The notes under the pieces are model-generated. The model was not told the DNA's origin and ran no database searches. It saw only the letters and a program-made list of their open reading frames with translations. This document shows positions 62,891 to 64,000 of a stretch of 64,000 nucleotides of DNA, piece by piece (position 1 is the stretch's first letter; the number at the start of each line of letters is the position of its first letter). Source of the DNA: Phoronis australis (lineage: Eukaryota > Animalia > Phoronida); NCBI GenBank assembly GCA_002633005.1, contig NMRA01000294.1:23782-87781 (forward strand), read 5' to 3'. Position numbers and translations under genes: made by a program.

Positions 62891-64000
62891 TTGTTAGGCT
62901 AGAGTAGCAGTTGCGTAATAGGTTGTCAGGCTCATACCACTTTGCGTGTCGATGCATATTCGTCTTAGCACAGGGTCAAATAAATTAACCTAGTTTTGCT
63001 GTCTCGGTTACATGAGTTCACGTCGGTTGTGTAACACCACTACTTCGAAGGTTGAAGGCAAGCGGCATTAGTAAACATTGGATTATGGACAATGCAACAA
63101 GTTTTGGATGAAAAACGTGAAAGTTTTCTTTACATTTGATCTTTAATTTGACTCCTGACGTTAACAAATTGTATTAGATCGGTTGCTTCCCGGTCAATAC
63201 AACGCTATATAGTCATTTTGTAAACGCGGCTGTTTTTCGCAGTCTTCGCCCACAATTGATTTTGTTTGTGTAACGCCAAACTGCATCGTTTTTGCGTGTT
63301 ATTCACCGGTCTCCTATCACGCGCCCATGATGAAGGATTAGTGAGTGAGTTGTTACATCGCGAAGAGTTCTCACTCCGGGGATTTTATTTTCATAGTATT
63401 GACCCGGCGAAATTCACGGTCCAGTATGCCCTAAACCCATGGACTTCTACGGCTCTAACTTCGAAATCATACTATGGTTACGATTTCCGCGAACTATGAC
63501 GGTGACATCAAACACGGAATGACCACTGTTGAGGCTACAGCCAATTGTAGCTTTGCGCATTCTGTTTTCATGTATCGGTGACGTTAAAATTTGGGCTTGT
63601 TACATGTACACGTAGGCCCCTATCAGTTGGTCGTTCACGTTGTTCCAAAAATAAACACTTTCTGTCAACAACATATTGACAAATTATGTAAACAAAACAA
63701 TTGTGAACGGGAAGATGTGAATACGTGGTGAAGAGGTATTGTCTCTACGAGGCATATGTGCGTGAATCTTTGGTAAAGCGATTGCGATGGCAAAAAATGA
63801 TAGAAAATACATCAAGGTGCACTTTTGAGAAGCAAAGCGTCTGGTGATATTTATAGCGTATGATCTGGCCACCTCAGGTAGTAAGTGACGCTGAATGAGA
63901 AGTGGCAACTACATGTTTGGCTTGTAACGCCACCCCTCCCCGAGTTTTGCCAATTCTAATCAGTCACCACTCGAGATTTGGTTCCGTTTCATTCCTAAAA

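Overview
Eukaryotic, AT-rich, transposon-saturated genomic DNA from an animal, most likely a bilaterian invertebrate (inferred, species not determinable). No intact host gene, rRNA, tRNA or CRISPR array was found. Contents: (1) a BEL/Pao LTR element with a second LTR element nested antisense in its pol; (2) a Neptune-like Penelope element (RT + GIY-YIG) preceded by an OTU-protease-like ORF and joined head-to-head to an inverted copy of its own 3' half; (3) two Naiad-like Penelope remnants carrying minimal type I hammerhead ribozyme motifs, also with inverted partial copies; (4) a full-length but decayed Mag-type Gypsy element with both LTRs and a 5-bp TSD; (5) four near-intact and two decayed non-autonomous Helentron-like (HINE/DINE-type) elements whose internal ~447-bp trimeric repeat carries a CTCF-consensus-like motif every ~150 bp; (6) several TTAA-flanked Kolobok-like elements with THAP remnants, Harbinger, pogo-like and hAT-like MITEs, LINE remnants, a decayed two-exon Tudor/MBT-like fragment and an 894-N assembly gap. 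The two most interesting candidates are the OTU-domain Penelope element and the mobile, phased CTCF-motif arrays. All family calls come from motif recognition by eye and were not confirmed by database searches.
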